From positions 1-64,000 of the IMG/VR virus record IMGVR_UViG_3300050821_002136: DNA of 64,000 nt, one strand, 5' to 3'. The DNA is from a virus. The notes beneath the pieces are model-generated. The model did not search any database. It was not told where the DNA came from and saw only the letters and a list, made by a program, of their open reading frames with translations. The position numbers and the translations under genes were made by a program. How positions within the stretch are numbered: position 1 is the first letter of the stretch; every line of letters starts with the position of its first letter. Of this stretch, positions 1 to 9,339 are shown piece after piece.

Positions 1-281
1 GGTGCCAGGGCGAACGATGCCCACTGCGAGCCAGTACCACGACCCATAGCATCTGCGTTGCCTGTTCCCTGGGCAATTGCCGCACCAGACTGCACGCGGA
101 ACGGAACACGGAACGATGCACGTACGGTGCCACCAGCGTTGGACTGGTTGCTAACCGGGACGTTTGTTGCTTCGGCCTTGAACAAAGAATAAGCCGTGGT
201 CCCGTGAAACACGAGATCAGGGATTTCCTTGGCAAAGGCGTCAAGTTCAACGGCTTCTACAGCCGCTTCCAAAAGTGCCAT
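1..281 (-). CDS. Major capsid protein, N-terminal part (runs off the window edge)
   Basis: Manual translation from ATG 281 (RBS AGAAGG): MALLEAAVEAVELDAFAKEIPDLVFHGTTAYSLFKAEATNVPVSNQSNAGGTVRASFRVPFRVQSGAAIAQGTG..., open to the edge. Lies downstream of TerL-portal-scaffold. Identity is from synteny and composition. Confidence 0.7.
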   Translation of the reverse strand, partial: MALLEAAVEAVELDAFAKEIPDLVFHGTTAYSLFKAEATNVPVSNQSNAGGTVRASFRVPFRVQSGAAIAQGTGNADAMGRGTGSQWASFALA

Positions 282-619
282 AAAGATTTACCTTCTGTTA
301 CTACGATAGTCCCACGTAGCAGACCTTTCTAAAGGGCCAACTGGGCTGTCGCTGAGTCGTTACTTTTTCGTACCTCATTCCGTGTCGAGATTATGGCTCT
401 TCGAGAGCGATTCGGGAAGTTGGTGCGAGAGTTCTAGATGTAGCTCCGTAGTAGGTAACAGTTCCGTCTATTATGGTTTCAGGAACTTTCAAACACCATA
501 TGTCTAGTTACCTACTGCGGAGCCACAACTGCGCTCCGTCCTACGATAGGCGTAGGTGCCAGCGTGGATGTTATTCAGTACGGTTATGCATTGTCTGCGC
601 CGGACTGCACCCACTTCGA

Positions 620-799
620 TTACTGAACGCCAAGGTGAATTTTGACGTGTTTGGGTTTTTGATTCTTACGACCTTTTTTGAACTTCGCTTTGGCATAGCG
701 AACAGACGCAGGGTACAGTGCAAAAACTTTTGCACGGTGAGCCTCGCGCTCTGCAGCTTTGCGCAGCTTGGTCGCCAGTTTTTCTTCTGGTGTACGCAT
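620..799 (-). CDS. Small basic protein, 59 aa (not in ORF track)
   Basis: TAAGGAGG RBS, then MRTPEEKLATKLRKAAEREAHRAKVFALYPASVRYAKAKFKKGRKNQKPKHVKIHLGVQ*. Confidence 0.7.
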   Translation of the reverse strand: MRTPEEKLATKLRKAAEREAHRAKVFALYPASVRYAKAKFKKGRKNQKPKHVKIHLGVQ

Positions 800-925
800 G
801 AGAATACCTCCTTAGAGTGTAATCGTCATGGGTCACCTCCTGTTTTGAATTGTGGTCCGTAAAGTGTGGGACGGTTCGCACGTCCCTTCAGGTCCTTTCT
901 TTCTCTGACCCTGTTATCATTCTTT

Positions 926-1192
926 TTACAGAGACTGAGATGCAGCTACGTCAGCTGCGTACACGCCAGTCGCTGGGGGATTGGTGCCGCCACCAAGGGG
1001 CACTCCAATGGAGTACGAATAAACTCCACCTGGGGTCCCTGAGATGCCTGGGCCAGTAAGTGCTCCCGAACACAGAACCGTGAGATTTGCCGCTTCTCCG
1101 GTGCCTGTAACTGCGGTGACCACGCCAACAATGCTGACCTGATCCCCAACCTGAACGGGCTTTCCGTTGCGCGTTATTCCAGAATTTGCCAT
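926..1192 (-). CDS. Hypothetical Gly/Val-rich protein, possible virion component
   Basis: RBS CAGGAG; beta-rich N-terminus (GKPVQVGDQVSIVGVV); located in head module. Confidence 0.65.
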   Translation of the reverse strand: MANSGITRNGKPVQVGDQVSIVGVVTAVTGTGEAANLTVLCSGALTGPGISGTPGGVYSYSIGVPLGGGTNPPATGVYAADVAASQSL

Positions 1193-1210
1193 TGTATTAT
1201 TTCTCCTGTT

Positions 1211-1741
1211 TTATCTCTTATTTTTTGTCCAACGATTGCTTCGACATTTCCTGCACAACTCACAACGACAGCCGTGGCGGTTATAGCAGTTTTCAGTTCC
1301 ATGTTTCCAAGGGGGTTTTGGTCTAGCATTGTGAGACGCTCTCATCTTCTTTTTAGTTTCCTCAGAAACTACTTTTCCTAGATGAGCTTCTCTATTTTTC
1401 CTCTTAGATTCTTCTGTGCTCTTTTTTCCAAGATTTGCTTTTCTTAACTTCTCAGAAAAGCCTTCTGGTTTAGGTATTCCTTTGTGGTTTGGAGGCTTCT
1501 CTCCTCCATCACTAAGGTTTCTAAGGCACCCTGTGCCCAAATCTATACGCCCCCAGAAATAAATCTGATAAATCTCGTAAGCAAGGGCGGTTGCCTCATC
1601 CGACCAATATTGAATAACAATTCTGCTTCGGTCTTTTGGGGGATAGTGGTTCTTCTCTTTTTTAAAAACTCTACGCCCTTCTCCTTTGCCTACATAATAG
1701 GGAGTACCGTCAGATCGTAGGTACAAATACGTGTAATACAT
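1211..1741 (-). CDS. GIY-YIG-like homing endonuclease with NUMOD3-type repeats
   Basis: YYTYLY...PYYVGKG N-terminus; GKKSTEESKRK and GKVVSEETKKKM repeats; C-terminal HGT..CY..HGCRCELCR motif; AT-rich insert. Confidence 0.8.
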   Translation of the reverse strand: MYYTYLYLRSDGTPYYVGKGEGRRVFKKEKNHYPPKDRSRIVIQYWSDEATALAYEIYQIYFWGRIDLGTGCLRNLSDGGEKPPNHKGIPKPEGFSEKLRKANLGKKSTEESKRKNREAHLGKVVSEETKKKMRASHNARPKPPWKHGTENCYNRHGCRCELCRKCRSNRWTKNKR

Positions 1742-1749
1742 TTCTTCCT

Positions 1750-1789
1750 CCTGATAAGGTCGAGAAGGGAGCAGTATCAGGCTGCTCCC
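1750..1789 (-). promoter_or_regulatory. Hairpin whose loop pairs with the RBS (anti-SD pseudoknot), copy 1
   Basis: Minus strand GGGAGCAG-CCTGATA-CTGCTCCC; loop complementary to TATCAGG overlapping the AGGAGG SD of 1211..1741. Confidence 0.65.
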
Positions 1790-1831
1790 AACTCTAGCTA
1801 AGGACCGCTAAGTCCTTAGATTTTTAAGCTT

Positions 1832-2911
1832 TTACCAAATTTTCCACCAAGTCTTTTCTTTTTCGCCTAGAAGGAATCTTTCCCAGTACTCTAGGCTGTC
1901 TTCATTGTGCGCTCTGAGATATTCCAAGCCTTCTGCACGGTCTTCACAGTCTGTCAACAGCTTCAGGCCGACATTAGCTACGTTCATAGCGTTGTCAGGA
2001 TCTGCTTTCCAGCTTGGGGGTGCCCAGTAAATTGCTGGAGACACTACTGAGGGAACTCCTACGGATATTCCATCGGCCGTTATCATGTTGAATGATTCTG
2101 TGTAAGAGACTTGAATCATCAAATGCATAGATGAAACGATGCGTATGAATTTATCCCAATAGCACCATGGGTGACGAATCACAGGCACTTTCCCAGCGCA
2201 CATTTGGTCAATGGCTGCAGATGTAGTACCTAGTTCTCCTTCGCCTCCTGCCGACATGTGCAACTCTACGGGCATGTTCAACTCTGCCTGTATTGCCACA
2301 ACTGCTGCGGCAGCTGTCATGAAGTTTTTCTCGGAACGAGTAGCACCAAACACTCCAATTTTTAATGGCCAAGAACTTGTTTTTGATATTTCTTGAAGTG
2401 ACCATGGACATTGTAGAACTGGGTCGTCATCTGGGTACAAGTTTGGTAGGAGCAATACTTCGTCTCCGTAAACTTTTTCCATCCACTCCACAAACTTCTT
2501 AGAGTTTCCTCCAACCTTGAAATTCGTGAAACACTGGGCGAGTTTATGGTACTCTCTGAGAAGATGGACTCCCCGGGGGTCTGCTTGGAGAAATCCAACG
2601 TTAGAATGAGACAAAATCACAAATTGTATTTCTGGGAAACCATAGAGAAGACTTTTAAGATCGTGCACACTAAGCCAAGGGGCTGAAATTACCACATGGG
2701 TAAGACGTTTTCTGTGCGTCTCGTTGTATCTGTCTATGGCGTTCACTACATCTATGTTGTGCCGAACCGGATAGGTCTCAGTCTCGAATCCGTGGCGTTC
2801 TAGAACTTTCCTTGTGGCAAATCCAGCTACGTGCAAACCCACGCAGCTGGTGCGACACCATGAAGCAAAGTCCTTGAAAAAAAGTGCTAAGCGTACGTCT
2901 GTTCTCTTCAT
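1832..2911 (-). CDS. GT-B fold (GT4-like) glycosyltransferase
   Basis: IGVFGATRSEKN and QVSYTESFNMITADGISVGVPSVVS match the GT-B C-terminal E-x7-E/D motif. Confidence 0.8.
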   Translation of the reverse strand: MKRTDVRLALFFKDFASWCRTSCVGLHVAGFATRKVLERHGFETETYPVRHNIDVVNAIDRYNETHRKRLTHVVISAPWLSVHDLKSLLYGFPEIQFVILSHSNVGFLQADPRGVHLLREYHKLAQCFTNFKVGGNSKKFVEWMEKVYGDEVLLLPNLYPDDDPVLQCPWSLQEISKTSSWPLKIGVFGATRSEKNFMTAAAAVVAIQAELNMPVELHMSAGGEGELGTTSAAIDQMCAGKVPVIRHPWCYWDKFIRIVSSMHLMIQVSYTESFNMITADGISVGVPSVVSPAIYWAPPSWKADPDNAMNVANVGLKLLTDCEDRAEGLEYLRAHNEDSLEYWERFLLGEKEKTWWKIW

Positions 2912-2951
2912 TGGGGGATCTTTCTTTGGCCAGAGTTAGGACGTTGTGGAG

Positions 2952-4373
2952 TTACTTACGCCAAGTGACTAGCTTATTCGTACCTTTAAGCCAAGCTTTT
3001 CCAGTGATGTATAGAAGCTGCTTAGGATCTTTGTCCCAATCAATGGCTTCCCACTTCGGCTTGGTCGCAACATACACAGGCTTACCAGAAGCTGCGGCCG
3101 TATCTTCTATCTTTGCTGCCGCAACCTTCTTCTCGGTAGCAGCGGCCACGCGGCCAGCTGCGGCTCCACCCTTTGCATAGCCGGGATACATCTTCTGGAC
3201 GGTGTCACGCACGATGTCTGCAGAAATAGACTGCACGCGAGCCTTGTGGTACTCTTCGATCTTGGCTCGATCAGGCTGTTTAGCTGCCCACATGGATTTC
3301 ATCTGTGCCTGATAAGCATTGTCCGCTTTTAGCGTTGCGTACAGGTTAGATTTGATCGTATTGCCAAGAGGAATCAGGTTTTCACGTCCGAAACCTTTGA
3401 AAAACGGCATTTTCAAGAATGTTCCAAGCTCTGCGCCGAGAGATTTGTTATTTACGCTCTCGCAGGACTTAGCAACGCTGTTTTTGAACTCTTCAGACTG
3501 ATTTGTCTTGAAAGTCTCCTGTTCCTTCATGAAAGCAGCGCGTTCAGCGTCCAAAGCCTTGCGCTCGGGGGAAACCACGGCATCCTTGGTCTTTTTGTTC
3601 TTGTCGCCAAGGTCTTTGTACCATGTTTTGAGATCTTCTGAGATTTCCTTAGCTGCGGCCAAGGCTTTTGCTGGATCTGGGTCAGAAAGTGCCTTAGCAA
3701 GGCCGTTAATGGCTCCCGGCAGGTTGGCAGTCTCCAGTCCCTCGAAGAAATGAGGAGCAAACGCGGCATAATAACCCTTTTCATCGTGGGCTTTCACTGC
3801 GTCCAAGAATGACGGGGCAAGTTTGCCAAGTGCGTCCAATTTTCCGTTGGATTTCAGGTCCTCAACGATATTTTGGATGAGCTGAGGGTCTCCAGAGTAG
3901 AGTTGAGTGTCACTGGCTTCTGCAGCGTGCACGGTGTTGGTCAGTTTCTCATATCCCTCGGCCCCACCTACGAGATCTGCGAATTCCTTCGCCTGTTGCA
4001 TCTCTTTTACGCCGCCTGGGTAGATGGCCTTAGCAGCTTCCCAGCGTTCAAACGCACCATGCAGCTGCTTTACTGCGTTACCGTTGGCAACGGGGTCCTG
4101 ATCACGAAAAGCCTTGAGGGCTTTGCGGATTTCCTGAGGAGTCTTATCGGTACCCGGAAGATCTTCTACCTTCGCTGCTGCTTCCTTGGGTGTTCCGTCA
4201 CTATTGTATTGCTGTTTAGCTTTTTCTGCAGGCTTTTCTGTAGTTTCTGCTCCGACTTCTGGGGTTTCTGCTGCTGCATCTATTTCAGGTGTGTCAACTA
4301 CTGCTGAGTCCACTACAGGCGCATCGGCAACTGCCGTGTCTAAACCTGCAAAGTCAATTACTGATTCTGACAT
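2952..4373 (-). CDS. Putative capsid scaffolding/assembly protein
   Basis: Acidic disordered N-terminus, helical Ala/Lys-rich body, between portal and capsid genes. Confidence 0.55.
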   Translation of the reverse strand: MSESVIDFAGLDTAVADAPVVDSAVVDTPEIDAAAETPEVGAETTEKPAEKAKQQYNSDGTPKEAAAKVEDLPGTDKTPQEIRKALKAFRDQDPVANGNAVKQLHGAFERWEAAKAIYPGGVKEMQQAKEFADLVGGAEGYEKLTNTVHAAEASDTQLYSGDPQLIQNIVEDLKSNGKLDALGKLAPSFLDAVKAHDEKGYYAAFAPHFFEGLETANLPGAINGLAKALSDPDPAKALAAAKEISEDLKTWYKDLGDKNKKTKDAVVSPERKALDAERAAFMKEQETFKTNQSEEFKNSVAKSCESVNNKSLGAELGTFLKMPFFKGFGRENLIPLGNTIKSNLYATLKADNAYQAQMKSMWAAKQPDRAKIEEYHKARVQSISADIVRDTVQKMYPGYAKGGAAAGRVAAATEKKVAAAKIEDTAAASGKPVYVATKPKWEAIDWDKDPKQLLYITGKAWLKGTNKLVTWRK

Positions 4374-4400
4374 TTTGTCTCCTTGAGTCTTTCTGAGTGC

Positions 4401-5027
4401 CTACGACCCGAAGGTCGCTGCTTTTTCAGCACCAAAAAGAACTTCGGTGCTGTAATTTCCTTCTGAGTCTACGTATATTCCCATGGCTCCCCCGGGCTCT
4501 ACCGATACTTCTGAGGATTCTGGTCTTCCCGCTGTTTTCCCTGCTATCAGTGTTTCTACAGTAACAATGTTGCTGTTGTGCGTGCAGTACACGGCTAGTT
4601 TGTCTTTTTTTAATTCTTTGTCAAAGTACTCGAATAGTCTTTGCTCCAGATCGTCTAAGGGTTCTCCTTCGGGAGGTACTAATTTTGGGTTATCTACAAA
4701 AAGATTAAGTATGTCTTCCCATTCATCTCTGTCCTTACCAGAGATCACACCCAAATTCCAAGAAATCAATGAGCGTTCTTGCTCTACTTCCAAGCCAAAA
4801 ACTGTTGCAATCTCATCAGCGGTTTGCACAGCTCTAAGCATGGGAGAAGCTACTACTCTCTTCACTTCCATGCCTTCATTCTTTAGGTCTTTGGCAGCTT
4901 TCTCGGCTTGCTTAACACCTTTTTCATCTAACGGAGGGTCCATTCGGCCACGGTACTTGTTATCTTCGTTGAGAGTAGTTGAGCCATGACGCTGTAGAAT
5001 CGCAATTAGCTTTTTGTCAGCCATCAT
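4401..5027 (-). CDS. Histidine phosphatase (phosphoglycerate mutase family)
   Basis: QRHGST..N, ASPMLRAVQTA, GEPLDDL..R, CTHNS motifs. Confidence 0.9.
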   Translation of the reverse strand: MMADKKLIAILQRHGSTTLNEDNKYRGRMDPPLDEKGVKQAEKAAKDLKNEGMEVKRVVASPMLRAVQTADEIATVFGLEVEQERSLISWNLGVISGKDRDEWEDILNLFVDNPKLVPPEGEPLDDLEQRLFEYFDKELKKDKLAVYCTHNSNIVTVETLIAGKTAGRPESSEVSVEPGGAMGIYVDSEGNYSTEVLFGAEKAATFGS

Positions 5028-5088
5028 GGCTCCTTTGTGTTATTTTGTTCACCCAAACTCCCCGAAAAAGGGTGTTTTGATGAAAAGA

Positions 5089-7746
5089 TTAACGTCTCAA
5101 CTGTCTGGGTTGACCCTGGGGTTGCCCGGGAGGTGCCTGGGATTGCGGTTTCTCCCCCTTCAATGCCTCAGGGATTGCTTTTTTCTGAACGGCCTGCTGT
5201 AGTTGTTCCTGATTATGCTGAGCAAAATCTGCAGGCGTTGCATTGATGCTCATTTTAGCAAGAGCCTGAACCGCTACTGCGGCTGGCATCTTAGAAACAT
5301 CAACGCTTATGCTCTCGGAAGGTGGTTTATCCGGTGGTGCATTAGCTGCGGCAATTTTCTTAGCCATAGCTACATGCTCTGTCCAATGCAAATGTACGTT
5401 GGCGAACGCTGCACGCTGTTGAGGAGTACCCCATTTGAATTTCTGGCCCTCTGAGCTGTTCATCCAGCTTAAACATGCCGAAGCTTCTAATGTATGCAGT
5501 TCACTTTCGTCCTGTGCGACCGGGACAGTGCTGACCATTGGGGGAAGCGTGGTCTGTTGCTGTTGTAACTGCTGAACCATGGCTATTTCTTTGGGATCAG
5601 CAGGTATTCCTTGAGCAACCTTGGGTCCCATTTCATCAGCGGCTTGTGCAAGTGTCTGCTGTATTTTAAGGAGCTGAGGATTCGGCATAGGGCCGGATCT
5701 CAAGAGCAACTCAAACTCCGACTTCTGTTTCGTAATAGAAGTTGCGCCAGTGACTTTGAAACCTTTCAAACGCAAACCGTCTTGCAACACAGGAAGATTC
5801 TCGGGAGAGAATATCCACGCTGCTAATGATGGATTAGCATTGCTTGTGTCTACTAAGCCTGTAAGCTTGGCTTCCCTTTGAGCAGAACTCTCGGGGAATG
5901 ACGGATCACTTTCTGGGTAGCAAAGAACATTGCCTGACAAATTGCTCGTGTTTACCGAAATACGTCCAATACCTTTGAACGTTTGTGAAATCTGTTTGCC
6001 TTCTCGGCAATCTGCCGCGCAACCAACTGCTTGTCTTGCGCACTCTGCAAAGAGTGCCTGGATATTGTTCCAAGGACACCCTATACGCTGCAGTGCTTGG
6101 TCCCTCTGTATCTGTGCATTACCTACTGTATTCTCACCAGTCGCCGCGCCAAACAATGATGGCAGTGCGCCACTAATCTCTTCTGAAAGATTAGTAATGA
6201 ACCATTTGATAAAATCAGCTAGAGACGCTTGCGGCTGAGGAGTAGGCTCGACCATGATGTACTGATCCATGGTTGTAAGCCCAGGTTGAGGTAGAAATGA
6301 TCCAGTGCTACCAGGGACATTGTTCTCGCTCTTAAGAACTTGTAGATCAAACGCGTCAGCATTCATCCACTTCTTAGGAACGGTACGTTTGAAGAAGTCA
6401 TCCTGCAGATCCACCCAGTCATTAATTCTTTTCTGAATAGAAATTAAGGAACTACCTAATGCTCTGCGATTTTGTCCTTTGCCTGTGAACGGATGGGCTA
6501 TTGCTAGATGGGCATCCATGCTCTCGTTTCTAGAGAATGCATAGTTAGCTCCGGCCTTTACTAACAAAGCTCCATTAGGAAACTTTTCAAGGAGTTCTGC
6601 GCGGACTGCGTCGTTTACTTTTTCGTCCATGAACATTGAAGGACGAAACCACGTATACTTTACAACCGTATGACGTTGTAGGGAATCTCCAGTTACGTAC
6701 GCTCCAAGCACAGCTTGCCTAGTGTTCTCTCGGGCAATCCTGTCCAATTCAACTTCTGTGTTTCCGTCTGAGCCAGTCCTAATTTTATCGGCAATCCACG
6801 GGAACTTAGCTTTTACAATGGCAACGTCTAGGTCCTCATAGAGCTGCACGAATTGCATGTCTTTGATGTTGTCTACTGCGATGGGTACCTTGTGATCCAA
6901 CTTTCCATGCAAGGTAGTGACTTCTCTTCCTCTGGGTTTCTTAGCAGGCTCAGGGGCTTCTGTGGTTTCTTCTTGCTCCTCGTCCTCTTCAGTCTCCGTG
7001 GGAGATTCTGTCTGTTCTAAGAAGGAGTCTAGGCCTTCTTGGCCTGTGGGTGCATCTTCTGGAGGATTGAGAATATCTTCGGCAGTGACTGGTGCAGTGT
7101 CTCCGTCGTCTCCATCAAACCCGTACAACTGGCCATTAAGCTCATAGCGCGTCCACGCTAACACTCGGTCTTCATTCCAGAAGATACGAGCGCAGTCGGT
7201 CAACAATGCATGTAAATTATTGTTACGCGACCAAATCTCTTTGAACTTGTCTGCTTCTTCTGCCGCAACTATGTCCGGCCCGTACTCTGGGTTGGCGGGA
7301 AAGAACTCTACCTTGGGGACTTCACGAGCAAGTGCGGATACAATGATGTCTCCTTTTGATCCGTACACATTCGTGTCATAGATGGTGTTGTTGTTCTTTT
7401 GAGAATTGGGTCCAAACCCTGAAGCCTGTCCAGGAAGAATCCATCCACCCTGCTTTCCTCTCAGTAGATGCTGATAACCTCTATCAAAGTGCAAAGCTTC
7501 CCAAGTTTGTTCGACTTCGAACCTACGCGCTGCAACGTCTGTCTTTGTGGCGATGATGTCCAGCTGCATAAGTACGCCCTGAGCATCTTCTGTTAAGTCT
7601 GCGAAAGGCTCGGAAGAATGAGGAAACGGGGCATAGACACCTAATGGGCTATCATTAGGAGACTCAGGTTTTACGTATGGCATGGGCATTGACGGAGCAT
7701 TGGTAGTCATGGTGTTTACGTCCTGCCCGGGTCCTTGGTCTGCCAT
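5089..7746 (-). CDS. Portal protein
   Basis: 885 aa downstream of TerL; SLISIQKRIN, LSEEISG..LFG, Q/P-rich C-terminus typical of P22/podovirus-like portals. Confidence 0.8.
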   Translation of the reverse strand: MADQGPGQDVNTMTTNAPSMPMPYVKPESPNDSPLGVYAPFPHSSEPFADLTEDAQGVLMQLDIIATKTDVAARRFEVEQTWEALHFDRGYQHLLRGKQGGWILPGQASGFGPNSQKNNNTIYDTNVYGSKGDIIVSALAREVPKVEFFPANPEYGPDIVAAEEADKFKEIWSRNNNLHALLTDCARIFWNEDRVLAWTRYELNGQLYGFDGDDGDTAPVTAEDILNPPEDAPTGQEGLDSFLEQTESPTETEEDEEQEETTEAPEPAKKPRGREVTTLHGKLDHKVPIAVDNIKDMQFVQLYEDLDVAIVKAKFPWIADKIRTGSDGNTEVELDRIARENTRQAVLGAYVTGDSLQRHTVVKYTWFRPSMFMDEKVNDAVRAELLEKFPNGALLVKAGANYAFSRNESMDAHLAIAHPFTGKGQNRRALGSSLISIQKRINDWVDLQDDFFKRTVPKKWMNADAFDLQVLKSENNVPGSTGSFLPQPGLTTMDQYIMVEPTPQPQASLADFIKWFITNLSEEISGALPSLFGAATGENTVGNAQIQRDQALQRIGCPWNNIQALFAECARQAVGCAADCREGKQISQTFKGIGRISVNTSNLSGNVLCYPESDPSFPESSAQREAKLTGLVDTSNANPSLAAWIFSPENLPVLQDGLRLKGFKVTGATSITKQKSEFELLLRSGPMPNPQLLKIQQTLAQAADEMGPKVAQGIPADPKEIAMVQQLQQQQTTLPPMVSTVPVAQDESELHTLEASACLSWMNSSEGQKFKWGTPQQRAAFANVHLHWTEHVAMAKKIAAANAPPDKPPSESISVDVSKMPAAVAVQALAKMSINATPADFAQHNQEQLQQAVQKKAIPEALKGEKPQSQAPPGQPQGQPRQLRR

Positions 7747-7747
7747 G

Positions 7748-8014
7748 TTATTTTTCCTTTTCTATAGCCTCGTGATAAATGCAGCATCCTTCGGCTTCTA
7801 CTTTAACTCTACCCTCTGATGTCTTAGGACGTTTGGATTTTTCCATGAAATCTTTTTGTCCACACGAGTTATCTTGGGTTTTAAAGTACTCGCATGTGCT
7901 ACATGAAAAGGGGCCGTCTTTTGGTCCTTCATAACCAGTTCCAGGCTCACCATGGATTGCTGCAGAGTTGATCTGTACAAGCTTGGGTTTTTCCCTACCA
8001 ATACCTAGGGGCAT
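7748..8014 (-). CDS. HiPIP-like Cys-motif protein
   Basis: CSTCEYF..C..VEAEGCCIY resembles the HiPIP C-x2-C...C...C ligand pattern; start MPLGIG at 8014 preferred. Confidence 0.5.
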   Translation of the reverse strand: MPLGIGREKPKLVQINSAAIHGEPGTGYEGPKDGPFSCSTCEYFKTQDNSCGQKDFMEKSKRPKTSEGRVKVEAEGCCIYHEAIEKEK

Positions 8015-8015
8015 A

Positions 8016-8171
8016 TTATTCCCCCTTCTTGGCATAAGAAAATTTCTTCTTCTTCTCTGGCAGAGTTTTAAAATTAGTAGCGCTGGACCACTCTGCCAGC
8101 TTTTTCTTTCCGCCTACTTTCTCAGGGTTGGCGTACAGAAAGCGTTGCTGCGCTTTCGAGGCAAACGGCAT
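8016..8171 (-). CDS. Small basic phage protein, 51 aa (not in ORF track)
   Basis: RBS TAAGGAG; MPFASKAQQRFLYANPEKVGGKKKLAEWSSATNFKTLPEKKKKFSYAKKGE*. Confidence 0.75.
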   Translation of the reverse strand: MPFASKAQQRFLYANPEKVGGKKKLAEWSSATNFKTLPEKKKKFSYAKKGE

Positions 8172-8180
8172 AGTTACTCC

Positions 8181-8585
8181 TTAGGCCAAGTCCGGCATCT
8201 CGTATCCGCGCTCTTCAGATTCAGCGCCTTGCTGGTCTGGGTGTGTGCGTTTCTTTACGTTAGAGGCCTGCTCTTCGCCGCCTGCTTCCAGAGAAAGTTG
8301 CTCAGCGGAGTCGTGAGCCTCTTTTGCAGAGCCGTGCTCCGTTTCGTGTGTGTGTCCGTCTTCATGTTCAGATGAGACAACGTGCTTCTTGCCCTCATGA
8401 TCGTGCGCGATGTGGATCGTGTGCGCCGGACCATGGGCTTTAGTTACGTCAGCTGCGCTAGAGCCCTCTTCTTTGGGTTCTGCAGAAACCTCAGGCTGCT
8501 CCCCATTATGGTACGCGTCAAATCTTTTTCCTCTAAACGCGCTGCCGAACTTACGGGAAGAATCGGTTGTTGATTGATATGCCAT
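8181..8585 (-). CDS. His-rich protein (paralog A)
   Basis: KFGS N-terminus; HGPAHTIHIAHDHEGKKHVVSSEHEDGHTH. Confidence 0.75.
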   Translation of the reverse strand: MAYQSTTDSSRKFGSAFRGKRFDAYHNGEQPEVSAEPKEEGSSAADVTKAHGPAHTIHIAHDHEGKKHVVSSEHEDGHTHETEHGSAKEAHDSAEQLSLEAGGEEQASNVKKRTHPDQQGAESEERGYEMPDLA

Positions 8586-8596
8586 TGTGTTTTCCT

Positions 8597-9097
8597 TTAC
8601 CCGAGATGCGGAACTTTGAATCCATCATTGCCAAACAAGTCGTCACCGCTCAATTGCTCAGCGTTGGCTGGCTTGCTGTCGTTTTCGGTGTGTTGTTCTC
8701 CAGATAGCTGCGCTGCAGCTTTGTGGGCGTCCGGCGCACTCCCAAAATCCCCTTTGTGCATATGTCCGTCAGCATGGCGACTCACAACGTGATGATTACC
8801 ACCCTTGTGGTCGTGATGGATAGTGACGGAATTTGCTGGGCCGTGCTCGGCCGCTACTGCTCCCGCGTCTACGCCTTCGGGCTCAGCCTTGGTGTCTGCT
8901 GTGTTCTCTACTTCGTGTCCTGGGTATGCTGAGGTTTTCTTGGCCATGCCCGATTCTGCTGTTCTGGGCTCTTCCTTAGGTTCCATAGGCTTATTGGGCT
9001 CATTGGTATCCATAGTGCGATTCTCGGGGGACATAGAGTCCTTCTTTTTGCCGACAAAACTACTACCAAATTTCTTACCAGATTTCGTTGTGTACAT
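8597..9097 (-). CDS. His-rich protein (paralog B)
   Basis: KFGS N-terminus; HGPANSVTIHHDHKGGNHHVVSRHADGHMH. Confidence 0.75.
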   Translation of the reverse strand: MYTTKSGKKFGSSFVGKKKDSMSPENRTMDTNEPNKPMEPKEEPRTAESGMAKKTSAYPGHEVENTADTKAEPEGVDAGAVAAEHGPANSVTIHHDHKGGNHHVVSRHADGHMHKGDFGSAPDAHKAAAQLSGEQHTENDSKPANAEQLSGDDLFGNDGFKVPHLG

Positions 9098-9126
9098 TTA
9101 TTTCTCCTGTCGGCATTGCCGAGATA

Positions 9127-9336
9127 TTACAGAATGTCTTTGATGCGTTTTAGAACTGCGTCTTTGGTCTTTTCCACGTAATCCTTGGATTCTCCATAAG
9201 AAGGAGGAATCCATCCTGCTCGTTGCCCCAGGGTTTGTTCTCCAGATTCATACTGACAGGAGATTTTATATCCGTTCTCAACCACGCAGATGGACACATG
9301 GCACACTTCCATCTTCTTTTCTTTGGCGTCTGCCAT
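9127..9336 (-). CDS. Hypothetical protein
   Basis: RBS AAGGA, tightly packed in the operon. Confidence 0.65.
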   Translation of the reverse strand: MADAKEKKMEVCHVSICVVENGYKISCQYESGEQTLGQRAGWIPPSYGESKDYVEKTKDAVLKRIKDIL

Positions 9337-9339
9337 ACG

